Source: Octopus vulgaris
Lineage: Eukaryota
NCBI GenBank assembly: GCA_951406725.2
Contig: OX597816.1
Span: 115,196,001-115,260,000 of the forward strand
Length of the DNA stretch: 64,000 bases
Direction of reading: 5' to 3'
The notes beneath the pieces were generated by a model that was given only the letters and a program-made list of their open reading frames with translations, had not been told where the DNA came from and ran no database searches. Both the position numbers and the translations under genes were made by a program. This document shows positions 28,047 to 40,789 of the stretch, one piece after another. Position 1 is the stretch's first letter. Each line of letters starts with the position of its first letter.

Positions 28047-28930
28047 CAAGGTGTTCAGGTTAATTTGATGGTTTTTATGTCTCCTTTTTTTGAGGAACAG
28101 CTTGTATTGGTGAACAGTCAACGGTGTTGGAAAGCATAAAAAGTAAAGTTGAAGTTGAGAAAAAATTAGCTGACATGGAAGACTGGCAGCCATCTTAATT
28201 TTGGAAAAGAGTTACCTGTATTATGATGATTCATGCCAGGTATCAAAATGCCAACATCATGACTGCAGCTCAATGCCCTATGAAATGAACACTGTAAAAG
28301 CTATATGACATGATGTGGACCTCAGGAAAATGAATTTCTAACAAACTGTGATAGTCTTTGGATATATTTCCGATGAAGGTGATGTCATGTTACCCCACAC
28401 TTTTGAACAGGACATTAGGCTCAGGTCAGACAGCTATGTGAAGCTACTGGAAACTGTGGTAAATCCCTAGCTGGCGAGGGTTGCTGCTGGAAGGCCATAT
28501 GTGTGACAGCAAGATTTGGCTCCTTGTCATACCTCAAGAAATAGCCAGAGGTGGTCGTCAGAGAATTTCTATGACTTCATAAGCTCCAATTTTTGGCCTC
28601 CTATTTCCTTCAATTGTAATCCCATGGATTATGTGCACGGCTTAGCTGAGAAAAACACGAGCTTCTCTGCCAGCACAGCAATGCCAAGCTGATGGCCAAG
28701 ATCAAGGAGGTGTTTGAAAATCTTCCCACATGAACACAATGTATGTGCCAGGTTCCAAAGCCATCTAGAGGCTGCGGTGGAAGCTGAGGGCAACTACCTT
28801 AAGTAAACTGTTATCTCCCAGCTATAATCTAGTTGATATTTTTTGATTTTTTAAAAATACTTTTATTTTGAGATGGAATATTGTTCGCTTTTCCTTTTAG
28901 GCAAACTGTCAAAATTAGCCTGAACACACC
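28047..28930 (+). mobile_element. Deleted DD37D-like Tc1/mariner transposon with terminal inverted repeats
   Basis: TIRs gtgttcaggttaatttga / tcaaaattagcctgaacac; internal GRPYV*QQDLAPCHTS...FWPPIS..CNPMDY. Confidence 0.8.
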
Positions 28931-29130
28931 ACTAAATGGTAAATGGTAAGCCATCATTTACCATAATGATCTTGTACTGGAAATCGCAATAATAACTTTT
29001 AAGCGCAAAGTAATACTATATCATTTTGCTACCCAATTACTTCTATTCTAATTAGTCTGGTAATACTAAACTCATTAAATATATTCACAGAGCATCCAGT
29101 CTGTGCCAGGGTAAAAAACAGACATTAACA

Positions 29131-29163
<33 letters not shown>

Positions 29164-29592
29164 AACATGCATATATAGTTACAGTGGAGTAAGGAAGCAG
29201 TTTCTATAGTCATTTTCAAACCCTTCTACTCAAGAGACTTCAAGTCATTTACCTAGACTTCACCTTTGAGCTTTCCTTGAAAGACTGTTACAAATAGTAT
29301 TGTGGGATGTATGAATGAATTTAACAAACGGTAATCCAACTCACTGACTAAAAAAGCAACAAAAAAAAAAAAAAAACTACAACAGCAATGATAAGTAAAA
29401 AAAAAAAAAAGCAAACCTTTGGGCATGATATAATAAATTACAATACTTCTAACAACTCATGTATTGCTGTTTGTATAGTTGTAATTAATTCCCTACAATG
29501 ATTTTACTCATTACTTTTTATTTTCATTCATTAGTTTTTTTTCTCCTTATAAACCACTCTTTTGTTTGTCATTCCTTTACTTTCAATCAGTC

Positions 29593-29669
<77 letters not shown>

Positions 29670-30727
29670 CTCTCTCTCTCTCTCTAATGACTTCAGATAT
29701 TACAGGCCAGAATGAAAGTGTAAATTTTTTGAAGTTCCTTCAACTCAACCATCTTTTTCTGCCTGCCTCCAGGGGTTTGAAACTGGAGGTGTGGCTGTCA
29801 ATACTGATGATGCTAATACTGCTGCTGCTACAGATGATGATGTTGTCAACAATAGTGTATGGGTGGTAGAGGTAAAGATAATCGTGATGGTGATAGTGCT
29901 GATGATAGTGGTGGTAACAATTGTTATACTACCATTGTGATGGTGATGGTGGCTATGGTGGTAATGGTGGTGGTGGTGGCAAATGGGAGATGATGTTGGT
30001 GACAATGGTGTGTTGATGTGGTGGTGGTGGTGGTGGTGGTGGTGGTGGTGGAGGTGGTGGATGGAAGATGATGCTGGTGACAATGGTGTGTTGATGGTTG
30101 TGGTGGTGGTGGTGGTGGAGGTTAAGGTGGTAGTAACAGGGGAGGAGTCTTGAAAACTCGATTCTTCGTGTTGTTAAGGTAATTCTGCATCACTGTTTCA
30201 TGCGTAAGTCATTAAATAAAACTGGACACAGAAGGGAAATTAAAGTTGAGCAGGAAACCAACGAGGTGTCATGCTTTCTCCTGCATTTACATCCGATGAC
30301 ATTTTTATCCCTGGGGCAAAGTTGACATTGAGATGCCAACTTCAAAACATTTATTTATTTGTTAGAAAATGAGCTTCATAAAAAAAACTTAAATAAATAA
30401 ATAAATAAAAATAAAATAGAAAATAAAAAAAAAATTCTGCAATGTTTAATGTATATTTTATTTTACTATACTTTTAAATTTATTTCATCTACTTTTTTTA
30501 TTTCCTTTTTGAGATTACACAAAAAAAAAATGAAAAAAATGAAACACAATAACTAAAACAAAAAAAGTGACAAGGTGGTGAGATGCTAAGGGTATGAGAG
30601 ATGGTGTTGTGTCAGTGCAAAGAAAAAGTGTAAAATAAGGTATGTCAGTGTGCCATAAGAAGATAGGAATAGCAGGTAGATGTGGCTTGCATAGGTGCAA
30701 CCGTGACTGTGATGTTGCAAAATTTAC

Positions 30728-30841
30728 TCAACAATCACGTGGTTTCAGTTTCCATCCGTATCTGCGGCACATTGGAGAAATATCTTCTGTTGTAGTCTCA
30801 AATTGACCAGTGTCTTGTGATCGAAATGTGGCAAAGAGAAG
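30728..30841 (-). CDS. Terminal coding exon of an unidentified minus-strand multi-exon gene (LLFATFRSQDTGQFETTTEDISPMCRRYGWKLKPRDC*)
   Basis: Acceptor ttctgaatAG, 114 nt phase 0, ends in TGA at 30728-30730. Non-repetitive sequence, phase-compatible with the exon at 32502-32547. Confidence 0.7.
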   Translation of the reverse strand, partial: LLFATFRSQDTGQFETTTEDISPMCRRYGWKLKPRDC

Positions 30842-31024
30842 CTATTCAGAAATGTGCTGTATACATACATATATATTTCCGTCGTCGTCATTGTCGTCGT
30901 CATCATCATCATCAACATTGCCACAGCAGCCCTCATTGTTGCCCTCCACCATCGTCATTGCTCCAAGTGCCACTGTCATTGTTGTCATCGTCATCCACTT
31001 TAGGATTAATATTTAATCCTCCTA

Positions 31025-31455
31025 AGGCGGCGAGCTGGCAGAATCGTTAGCACACCGAGTGAAATGCTTAGTGTTATTTCGTCTGCTGTTACGTTCGAAG
31101 TTCAAATTCCACCAAAGTCGACTTTGCATTTCATCCTTTCAGGGTCGATGAATTAAGTACCAGTTACGCACTGAGCTTGATGTAATCGACTTAATCCGTT
31201 TGTCTGTCCTTGTTTGTCCCCTCTATGTTTAGCCCCTTGTGGGCAATAAAGAAATAAGAATCTTTAGCACACAGGGCAAAAGGCTCAACAACATTTTGTC
31301 TGTCTTTATGTTCTGAGTTCAAATTCTGCCAAGGTCTGCTTTGGCTTTCGTCCTTTCAGGGTTGATAAAACAAATGTAATTAACATATATAATTAATGTA
31401 ATTAACATACCTCTGTCCCTGGAATTACTGATCTTGTACCAAAATATGAAACCAA
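31025..31455 (+). mobile_element. SINE family B dimer
   Basis: Head aggcggcgagctggcagaatcg plus two core units. Confidence 0.8.
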
Positions 31456-31629
31456 TGTTTAACTCTCTTACATCAGTCAATCATTTTTCATAGGTGAGTG
31501 TGTATGTATGAGTTTGTGTAACCACTTATGTTATAATGCAGTGCTCGTATACCTGAGTGTGTCTGTCTTTATATTACAACTATCTCTCTATATGTGTGTT
31601 TCGAGTTGGGTGTGTAGGTGTAAGTTTCT

Positions 31630-32040
31630 TATTTCTTTATTGCCAACAAGGGTCTAAATATAGAAGGGACAAACAAGGACAGACAAAGGGATTAAGTCGG
31701 TTATATCGACCGCAGTGCATATCTGGTACTTAAATTATCGACCCCGAAAGAATGAAAGGCAAAGTCAACCTCGGCAGAATTTGAACTCCGAACGAAACGA
31801 CAGACAAAATACCTATTTCTTTACTACTCACAAGGGGTTAAACACAGAAGGGACAAACAAGAATAGAAAAAGGATTAAGTCGATTATATCGACCCCAGTG
31901 CGTAACTGGTAGTTATTTAATCGACCCCGAAAGGACGAAAGGCAAAGTCGACCTCGGCAGAATTTGAACTCAGAACGTAACGGCAGACGAAACACCGCTA
32001 AGCATTTCGCCCGACGTGCTAACGTTTCTGCCACCTCACT
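31630..32040 (-). mobile_element. SINE family B dimer, inverted relative to 31025-31455
   Basis: rc of the family B head and two core units. Confidence 0.8.
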
Positions 32041-32084
32041 GCTGGTGTGTAGGTGCAAGTTTCTGTGTGGTGTTTATGTGTATG

Positions 32085-32230
32085 TGTGCGTGCATGTAAA
32101 TGTGTGTGTACTCGGAAATATGTGTGCGCGCATATAAATATGTGCGTACTCGTAAATATGTGTGTGTGCATGTAAATATGTGCGTACTCGTAAATACGGG
32201 TGTGCAAGCATGTGAATATGTGTGCATGTG
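32085..32230. repeat. Minisatellite of about 34 bp (tgcatgtaaatatgtgcgtactcgtaaatatg...)
   Basis: Three to four imperfect tandem copies. Confidence 0.6.
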
Positions 32231-32501
32231 TATGTGGGTGTGTAGGTGGATGTATAGGTGGATGCATGTGTGCATGTGAAAATGTGTGTGCTTGCACTTG
32301 TGAATATGCGTGCATACATCTGTGTATGTGTATGTGTGTGTGTATATGTATGTGTGTGCACGTGTGTGTGTATGTGTGCTTATATATGTGAGGAAGGAAG
32401 GTTTAGAATTATTTCCTGCAACAGATCTCAGGTTTCCTGCTCACAACACATCTGATGATCAAATAGATTTCGTCTAAGCTTTCATTGATATTTGAACGTA
32501 C

Positions 32502-32547
32502 AGAACAGCAACACCAATTGACTCTGATATTGGTAATTGGAGTGATG
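32502..32547 (-). CDS. Internal coding exon (S)ITPITNIRVNWCCCS
   Basis: Strong acceptor tattttccttttttttgtcAG and donor GTacgt. 46 nt, phase 2 in and phase 0 out, matching both neighbours. Confidence 0.72.
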
Positions 32548-32621
32548 CTGACAAAAAAAAAGGAAAATACAATGACAACAACAACAGCAACATCAACAAC
32601 AACAACAATAACATCAACGAC

Positions 32622-32667
<46 letters not shown>

Positions 32668-32742
32668 ATAGTGGTAGTGGTGGTGGTAGTGGTAGTAGTA
32701 GTAGTGATAGTGTTGGTGGTGGTGGTGGTAGTAGTAGTAGTG

Positions 32743-32784
<42 letters not shown>

Positions 32785-32785
32785 A
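32622..32785. repeat. (GTA/GTG)n trinucleotide array
   Basis: Directly visible. Confidence 0.9.
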
Positions 32786-33147
32786 CAGAGAAAGAGAAAC
32801 TCTTGAAATCCTAAGATTTGGGAATAGAGATAACCTGAATGTGGAGCAGGAAAGCAGAAATAATCCCTATAATAATAGGTGAAATAGGCATGGTTGAAAA
32901 AATATATTACAAATATGTAACTAAAACACCAGGACTTAGAAATAATATATATATATATATAACATACAGGAAATAGCACTGCTAAACACTGAACCCATCG
33001 TATGTAAAGCACTTTCAATACAATAAAAATTATAACATTGGACAAACAAACCACAGCACATACCCAAAATACACACAGCTGTGCTCAGTAGTGCAGTGAA
33101 AGCACATGATAACAATAAAACTATACTGAATAATAATAATAATAATG

Positions 33148-33232
<85 letters not shown>

Positions 33233-33234
33233 TA

Positions 33235-33596
33235 ACAAGAGCACTCAGAGAGCACAAACCTCCACCAAGGCAACACCAACGTCCTCTCAACGATTTGCTG
33301 GAGATGATTTTTAAAATGAGATCATCTGAAATAAACTTGACTACTCTCACAAACGAGAACACTAAAAAAGAACCTGACCAATCTCAAAAATTAAGGAAAA
33401 AACAGGAAAAATAATCCAGGATCTCTGTCCGGTACTGGATCGATTCCCAAATCTAACCAGTTCATGCCAGTCACGTGGTCAAACATCCTTAAAAGTTTCA
33501 TCTGAATTCATCCTGCGGTTATTGAGATATCTTGTCCAAAGACAAACAGAAAATAAACAGAACTGAAAACAATGCCTCTGCCTTAGCGAGGGCAGA

Positions 33597-33602
<6 letters not shown>
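33235..33602 (+). mobile_element. Non-autonomous Helitron/Helentron-like element in an (AAT)n array
   Basis: 3' hairpin cctctgcc-ttagcgag-ggcagagg then taa; ggatc motifs; flanked by (AAT)n. Confidence 0.5.
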
Positions 33603-33679
<77 letters not shown>

Positions 33680-33737
33680 GAAGAATAATAAAAAAGAAGA
33701 AGAAGAAGAAGAAGAAGAAGAAGAAGAAGAAGAAGAA

Positions 33738-34115
33738 GAAGCCGGACATAGTCTTAAAAGCCAGACATAGTCTTAAGAAGCCGGACATAGTCTTAATTGA
33801 GAAAGAAAAACTATGCTAGATCATAGATATATCATGCCCAGCTGACGACAAGGTATGCGATAAGGAAGAAAGAAAAGTCAAGAGATGTGACAGGTTAGCT
33901 TGGGAAGTTAAGCAGTTGTGGTCGATGAAAAAGGTAGCAGTGAGCAAAAATCTCGAGAAGTATGGGGAACAAATAGGGGCTGCAATAAGGGCGGAGCCCT
34001 TGCAGAAAATAGCATTGCTTGGAACCACTCAAATACTCCGGAAGGTTCTCGAAAAATAAAAGGTGATAGTGAACAGCTAACACTGTAAGACATCTCCAGC
34101 GTTAGAAGCTGTGCA
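33738..34115 (+). mobile_element. R4/Dong-like LINE 3' fragment
   Basis: KPDIVLIEKEKLC*IIDISCPADDKVCDKEERKVKRCDRLAWEVKQLW...LQKIALLGTTQILRKVLEK*; follows (AAT)n(AAG)n. Confidence 0.85.
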
Positions 34116-35065
34116 TATTAATTTTCATTATATCCTTTATGTTGTATAAAAATTTCATGCAGTTATTTGTAAAGTTAAGGAAGTTATTAACAATCGAAAC
34201 CCATAAGTGACTGTATATATATATATACATGTATAGTATAGTAAAGTTCGAACGATATGCCAAAAGGAAAGAGACATTACCAAAGAGAATGGACTTAGTA
34301 GATCAGTTCTGCATTCAAATCCTGTTTCAAACGTAGATAGGCTTGTGTGTGGAGCCTGAGTACTATATATAGAAAAGAAACACAGGAAATGTAGTTGATA
34401 TTAATGCTTTATATAATGTACACGTGTTTCATGAGTTCGACATCAATTACGTAAGCATAAAACCCAGTTATGTGAAGAAATATTGTCGGTCACTTTCATC
34501 AACATTACTTCACCATACATTGTACATTATATAAAGCTCTGATACTGACCATGTTCTGTATGCTCTTTTTCTACATACACACATATAAAGGCAAATCGAA
34601 AATTAAAAATAAAGACAAAGCAACAAAAGTCAAAAGGACGTATTCATGGAATGTGTGTGGGTGTATACATACTTACACACATACACACACACATTTCATT
34701 TAGGGATTGCGTTGTGAGGTAGAAATCCAATATACGTATGTTTCAGAGGGAAATGTTAGTCGAGTATAAAGCAGTAATAAGAAAGAGAGATGACAAAAGA
34801 ATAAATGAGTGGCTCATGAACTTCATTAGCTTACAGCAGTTTCTGCTGTGAAATGCAGCGAACTCATAGTTGAGTGCCCAAGTAACACGTTATAGCTGCA
34901 TCGGAGCCTCGAATATGAAGTGCCCGCAACTATGAGTCCACTGCATCATATTACAGAAACAGCTGTAAGTTTATGAATTTCAAAAGCTAATCATTTATTC
35001 CTTTTTTTTCTTCTATATATATATATATACATACATACATACATTTAAATACATACACACACATA

Positions 35066-35177
<112 letters not shown>

Positions 35178-35199
35178 ATTTATATACAAAAAATTCTGC

Positions 35200-35650
35200 G
35201 TTTGCAATACTTTTTTCGTTCGGCGTCAACAGCCCTTCTTATCTTGTTTTTCCCTGTCCTGTCTTTTACTGTTATATTTTTTTGCTGTTTATATTTTTTT
35301 ACTGTTTATTTTTTTACTGTTTATATTTTTGTACTGTCGTTACTGTCCTGTTTTTTAACCATTTTTTTACCATTTTTTTAACCATTTTTTACCCCTCTGC
35401 GAAAAGATCTCAGAATTTTAATTGATTTGCTTTTCGCAGGAAGGAAAGTTTCTTGTCGAAGATACGTCTCGCTTTTATCCTTCGAAACGTTGAGTAGATG
35501 AAACCTTAGCGACTGAAGAAGGGGTTTTTTCGTTGTGTTCATTGTCCTGTTCTCCATTTTTTGTTGTTTTTAAAAAAATGTCCAGTTCCTTTGGTTTGTG
35601 TCTATGTTTTCGTTTCTCTTTGTGTTCGACGTCCCTTTGGTGTCCTGTAC
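35200..35650 (+). mobile_element. Penelope-like repeat family P2 with hammerhead-like motifs
   Basis: ccttcGAAAcgttgagtagatgaa...aCTGAAGAagggg; homologous to the inverted copy at 42262-42452. Confidence 0.5.
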
Positions 35651-36750
35651 TCATATATGCGTGTATATGTACATGTAGAGGTAGGTACGTACATATATGT
35701 TTATATATATGCATATGTTTTATTTCATTTATTAATATATGTATATATATATACACACGATGAACATCTTCCAGTTTCTGCTTACAATATCCTCACAAAG
35801 ATTTTGTCAGTCTGAGGCTATAGTACTTGGTGAAAATGCCCTGCAGTGGGACTGAACCTGAAACTGCATAGCTTGAAATCACACTACCACTTCTTTAAAA
35901 TTATGATTTCAAAATCGTGGAGTTCGTATGTAAAGTCAAGTTTTAAAATACCAGCTTAGCAGTAACGACTGTTACATAGATTAAATGCTGTGATAATTAA
36001 TGGCCTGTTATTAAAAAGTGTAAGTCGTTTGCTTGTAAATAGAACTCAGCGTGGTAGCATCAACGTAATATTAAACCTTAGCAGCTAGTGTTGTAATATG
36101 ATTATGAAAACATATCTTTCTATGTAATATTGAATGTTCTCCTCTGTACTGAGATGGCATCGATGAACACAGTTGGTAGCAATGTGAAATAAATTGTGGA
36201 GAAGAACTTGACAACGGATTAAAATCACCAGTAATTCAATCGAAGCTATATGAATAGGCATATTTATATACGAATGACAACTTTATGGATTGCATTTCAC
36301 ACTAGTATGGAACCACTTCTCAGTAAGCACACACACACATACACACACATATTCGCACACACACACAAATACACACACTAAACGTACATATACTCACAGA
36401 AACAAGCACAACACATATATGTATGCGTAGATATATTTACATATACATGCATATCATGTATATGCATATACTTTTTAGCAAAGTAGACAGTTATTAATTT
36501 TGCTTTGTGATTGTATAATTAACAAGCTTGCTTCCCATCATGTAGTCTTGGGTACATTTCCACTGCACGGCACTTTGGGTATGTCCTCTGCTACAGCCTT
36601 AGGCGAATGGATTTAGAAGGTGGACACTAAAAGAAGCTTTATGCACATATATATATGTGTGCATGTGCGTGTACATGTGTGTGTGTATTTGCATATATAT
36701 ATAAAACGCACACATATATGTGCGTGTGTATATATACATATATATACATG

Positions 36751-37795
36751 TACATGGTCTGATCAATAAGTATCCGGACTGTTACCATCATCATCATCAT
36801 CATCATCATTGTTCGACCGTGGTCGAGACAATGGAATTTACTATGCTACGCCAGACTTCACGGCCCATCATGGCATTACGGAGGTCCTGTTGCTGGATGC
36901 CTGTATCCCTGGAGATTACATCAGGGTAGGAGAGTGTGCGCACTCTGATTTCTGTTACCATAGTAACGAAGCTAAAGCACGCAGAGTGAAGCTGCATGGC
37001 ACAGATTGACCTTGAACTTTGCTATGCATGTGCACTAAGTTTTAACGTTCTAGCTTACTTCCTCTGTTTACAGCAGTGCTTGGACTGTGTGTAGCATGTC
37101 GTCGTCATATTGACCATGACAGAGAAAGTTGAGCAGAGAATCTGCACCATATTTTGCCAAAAGCTTGGTGATACCTGCTCAAAGGCCTACGCAAAGTTTT
37201 CAAAATGTTTTCATCCTTCTCAACACAATCAAGGAGATCTTCTGCAACTGAGACCTGAGTGTCATTTTGGTTAGCTGAAAGCAGTTTTAGCATAAACTTG
37301 GCAAAGACGCGTCTCATACCCAAATCTTCAGTGATAATAGACTGAACTGAAACGTAACACTTCTTCACACACTCTGATAACTCACGGATGGTGATTCAAC
37401 AATTTGCCCTCACAGCTGACACGCACATTTGCGATGATTTTTGTTTCAGTTCTGCTGGTTACCGATCTCCCAGAACGTTCGTCAATATCGACATTTTTCG
37501 GCCATCTTAGAAACGTCTGAACCACTCGTACACTTGTTTGCGGCTCCTACACTCCTCTTCATACACTTTCTACAACTTTTCGTAGGCCTCTGAGCAGGTA
37601 TCACCATTGTCAATGCGAAGATTACACGCTACACACCTTCCTTCTAAGCGCTGCTGTAAGCAGCAGAACAGAGCTAGAACGTTAAAACTTAGTGCGCATA
37701 TACAGAAGAGTTCAAAGTCAATCTTTGCTAAGCGGCTTTATTCTGCGTGCATTGCTTCGTTACTATGGCAATAGTCTGGATACATATTGATCAGA
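36751..37795. mobile_element. Palindromic mariner-derived element (two 5' ends in inverted orientation)
   Basis: Long inverted arms (ctgatcaata..tatcc.gac..atagtaacgaagc..gcacgcaga..cactaagttttaacgttctagct). Transposase N-termini on both strands: MTEKVEQRIC..FCQKLG on plus; VYEWFRRF and EDLGMRRV.AKF on minus. Confidence 0.8.
36789..36951 (-). mobile_element. 5'-truncated RTE-like LINE 3' end with (TGA)n tail and 10-bp TSD
   Basis: RTLSYPDVISRDTGIQQQDLRNAMMGREVWRSIV; TSD ctgttaccat at 36779-36788 and 36952-36961. Confidence 0.8.
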
Positions 37796-38152
37796 GTTCA
37801 TTAACCATTACAATTTGTAGCGGCGAAAGGTCTGGACGTTGTTTTCTGAGGCTGACCAAAGAATTTTTATTTTTAGATATAAGTGATGTACTCAAGTGTA
37901 GTTATGTTTTTAGCTTGTGCTTTTTCCATGATCATACGTGAGTATTTTATTTATATCCCATCGAAAGTTCTACTGAAGAAGGAATATATCTTTTTTTATA
38001 AGATTAAGTCCGAAATTGATTCAATATAGAGATAACGAAATTTAAATTTTCTAAAGGTTAGTTGCCCGTTTTCAGTTTCAATTTTCCTGTAACAAGCGGA
38101 TTATAAGTGGATAAAACAGTGTATTTGGCTTTAGAATAACCCTCTTTAGCCC

Positions 38153-38199
<47 letters not shown>

Positions 38200-38523
38200 T
38201 AAGGTGCATTCCAGAAGCCTTGAGACTTTTTCAGAAAAGACATTAATTCATTTCATGGAAGTATAAAACTCTAATGGCCTTCAAAATAGGGTCTTTTGAC
38301 TTCAATGTACTCGTTTATGCTTATATCGTTATGCGTCCTCATACATATACACACGCATACACGCGCACACAGTTACTCACACTCAGGTATACACACATAC
38401 TCACACACAGACACATGTACATGTATATATATATGTATGCATATATGTATGTATATGTATATACATTATATATATATATACATATATATATATGTATACA
38501 TATATATATAGATATATATACAT

Positions 38524-38578
<55 letters not shown>

Positions 38579-39138
38579 GAGAGAGGGGGGAGAAAGAGAA
38601 ATTCATTACTTTCACTAAACAAATAATTTCATCTTTGCAATTTTAACTTCGATTTATTTCGCACAACTGCTCTCTTGCGTTTGTAGTAAAGGTAAGAAAT
38701 TCTTTATATTTTCCATAATTGGTATTTTGACTTTTGTTCTGAGTTAAGAACTGTAGAACTATTTAAACAAATTTCTGATTAATATAATAGTATTACTAAT
38801 CATCACTTACAAAAAAAATATAGACATTTATTTGTTGCACTTTCGGAATAGCTGTCTTACATAAAGCAGAATTTCTTAGTTTTTTTGCTTTTTCAGTATT
38901 TGTTCACGTTTTATAATACATTTCAAAATACTGGCGGACTGACTTTCTTTAAAATAAAACATTTAAATCAACGCTTTTTAATCCTTTTCCCTCCCTTCAT
39001 CGTTCCTTTGGAACACAAGCCATCACTATTATTTTCTCTCCCGTTTTATTTTTTTGTTATTTTTCTTTATATTGTAATATTCCATATTTTGAAGCACTTA
39101 TAAATCCGTTTATCTTTTGGAGGAAAAAATGTAGAAAA

Positions 39139-39385
39139 TCTCTCTCTATATAAACGGCAGTTTGTCTGTGCGTGTTTCTGTGTGTCTGTTTGCTTGTACC
39201 CTCACCCTGACCACGGCTTTCAACCGATTCTGAAACACAAACCGTCTAGGGGACGCAACTCCACCTTTTTTTACTCTCAAAAGAAATTTACCATCATTTT
39301 TTTCCATTTTTTGGCTATAACTCTCTAAAAATGCTTTACAGTTATTTCCCTTACAAACCTGAGCAACGCCGGGCGATACTGCTAG
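39139..39385 (+). mobile_element. Non-autonomous Helitron
   Basis: 5' TC and 3' CTAG, subterminal gcaacgccgggc, inserted between A and T. Confidence 0.75.
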
Positions 39386-39509
39386 TATATCATACATAAA
39401 TAGGAATTTCAATGTTTTTCATTTCTTTTGGAGATTTTAATCGTGAAAATTAAAATGAAGATGTGAAAGTACATATATTTTTCTCTAAAAACACGTATTA
39501 AAAGCTCCA

Positions 39510-39770
39510 CGCGGCTGCGGCAGGTGGTGGTGGCGAACCCTGCTGTACTCTTTCACCACAACTTTCTCTCTCTTTCTTCCTGATTCTGTTGTCCCTGTAT
39601 TCCAAAGGGCCAGCTTTGTGTCAAGCTGAGACTCCCCGAGAACTAAGTTAAGGGTAGGTATACGTGTCTGTGGAGTGCTCAACCACTTACACGTTAATTT
39701 CACGAGCAGGCTGTTCCGTTCATTGGATCATCTGGAACCCTCGTCGTCGTAACCGACGGAGTACCACGAA
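39510..39770 (-). mobile_element. SINE-like repeat fragment
   Basis: GC-richer block sharing gaaagttgtgg.gaaagagt.cagcag with 44360-44672. Confidence 0.5.
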
Positions 39771-40789
39771 TTTTTACTGTATGCATACGCACATACATAC
39801 ATACATATGCACCCATATAACATGACAATAAAAATATATTTAACAAGTCTCAAACAAGTATGCAGGAAATAAAAAATAAAACAACAATAAAATTATATGT
39901 AGAAGTGATAAGTACAATCTATTTAACAAAAACGAATGCATCACAAAAATCAATAATATACTACACGACACCATCGAATTTGTGAAAATTTTGTGTAACG
40001 GCAACTGAGATGTGATAATCCTTAAAAATAAACGAACAACTGAATCGCCTTTATGTTATAACAGCATTTCTGTTACTTATTGGTTTGATTTATTGGTTTG
40101 TTAATATTAACAGCATCTACCTTTATAAATTCATCTAGATATCGAATTTTACCTCCGGTAATCGACTATTTCTTTCCAAAACATTAAATTTGCCAGTCAT
40201 TTTAATATAGCAAAATTGTGATGCATGCGAGATCATTGCTTTCTTTGAATAAATTTTTCTGGGAAGATAAATATGTTGTTAATACTTTTGATTTGGTGAT
40301 GGGTAGTCTAGACTGTCTTATTGGTTTTTATCTTTTACATTTATTATATAAATTAAATAAATTACAGTGTGATATATATATATAGAGATGATGGGTTCAT
40401 TATTACGCATAGAATGGAATTCCAATGCGCAGATGGTTTCAGAAACTAACGATAATAGTTGATAAAAACTTATACACTGATGATATCAAACATGACATTT
40501 TAATTAGACACCATTTAGACACAGAAGAAAATATTGCATTGTGTATATGTATGTATGTATGTATAGTTTCAAACATTCCACTTACTATTATAACTAATTG
40601 GTGAAAATGTTAATAGATGTTTGTACAGTATCTTGTCTGTTACATTATCATTCAATAATATAGTATCCTGTTTTAATGAAGTTTTAGAAGGCATGACATC
40701 AAATACATAACACACAATACATATATGTAGATATGTATGTTTGTATGTATTTATATATACATAAACACATACACACACACACACACACA

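Larger units (their letters stand above)
23400..30727 (-). other. Putative long 3' UTR of the minus-strand gene
   Basis: Lies immediately after the stop codon. U-rich, low-complexity runs on the minus strand; AATAAA (plus tttatt) at about 23691. Extent is inferred only. Confidence 0.3.
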
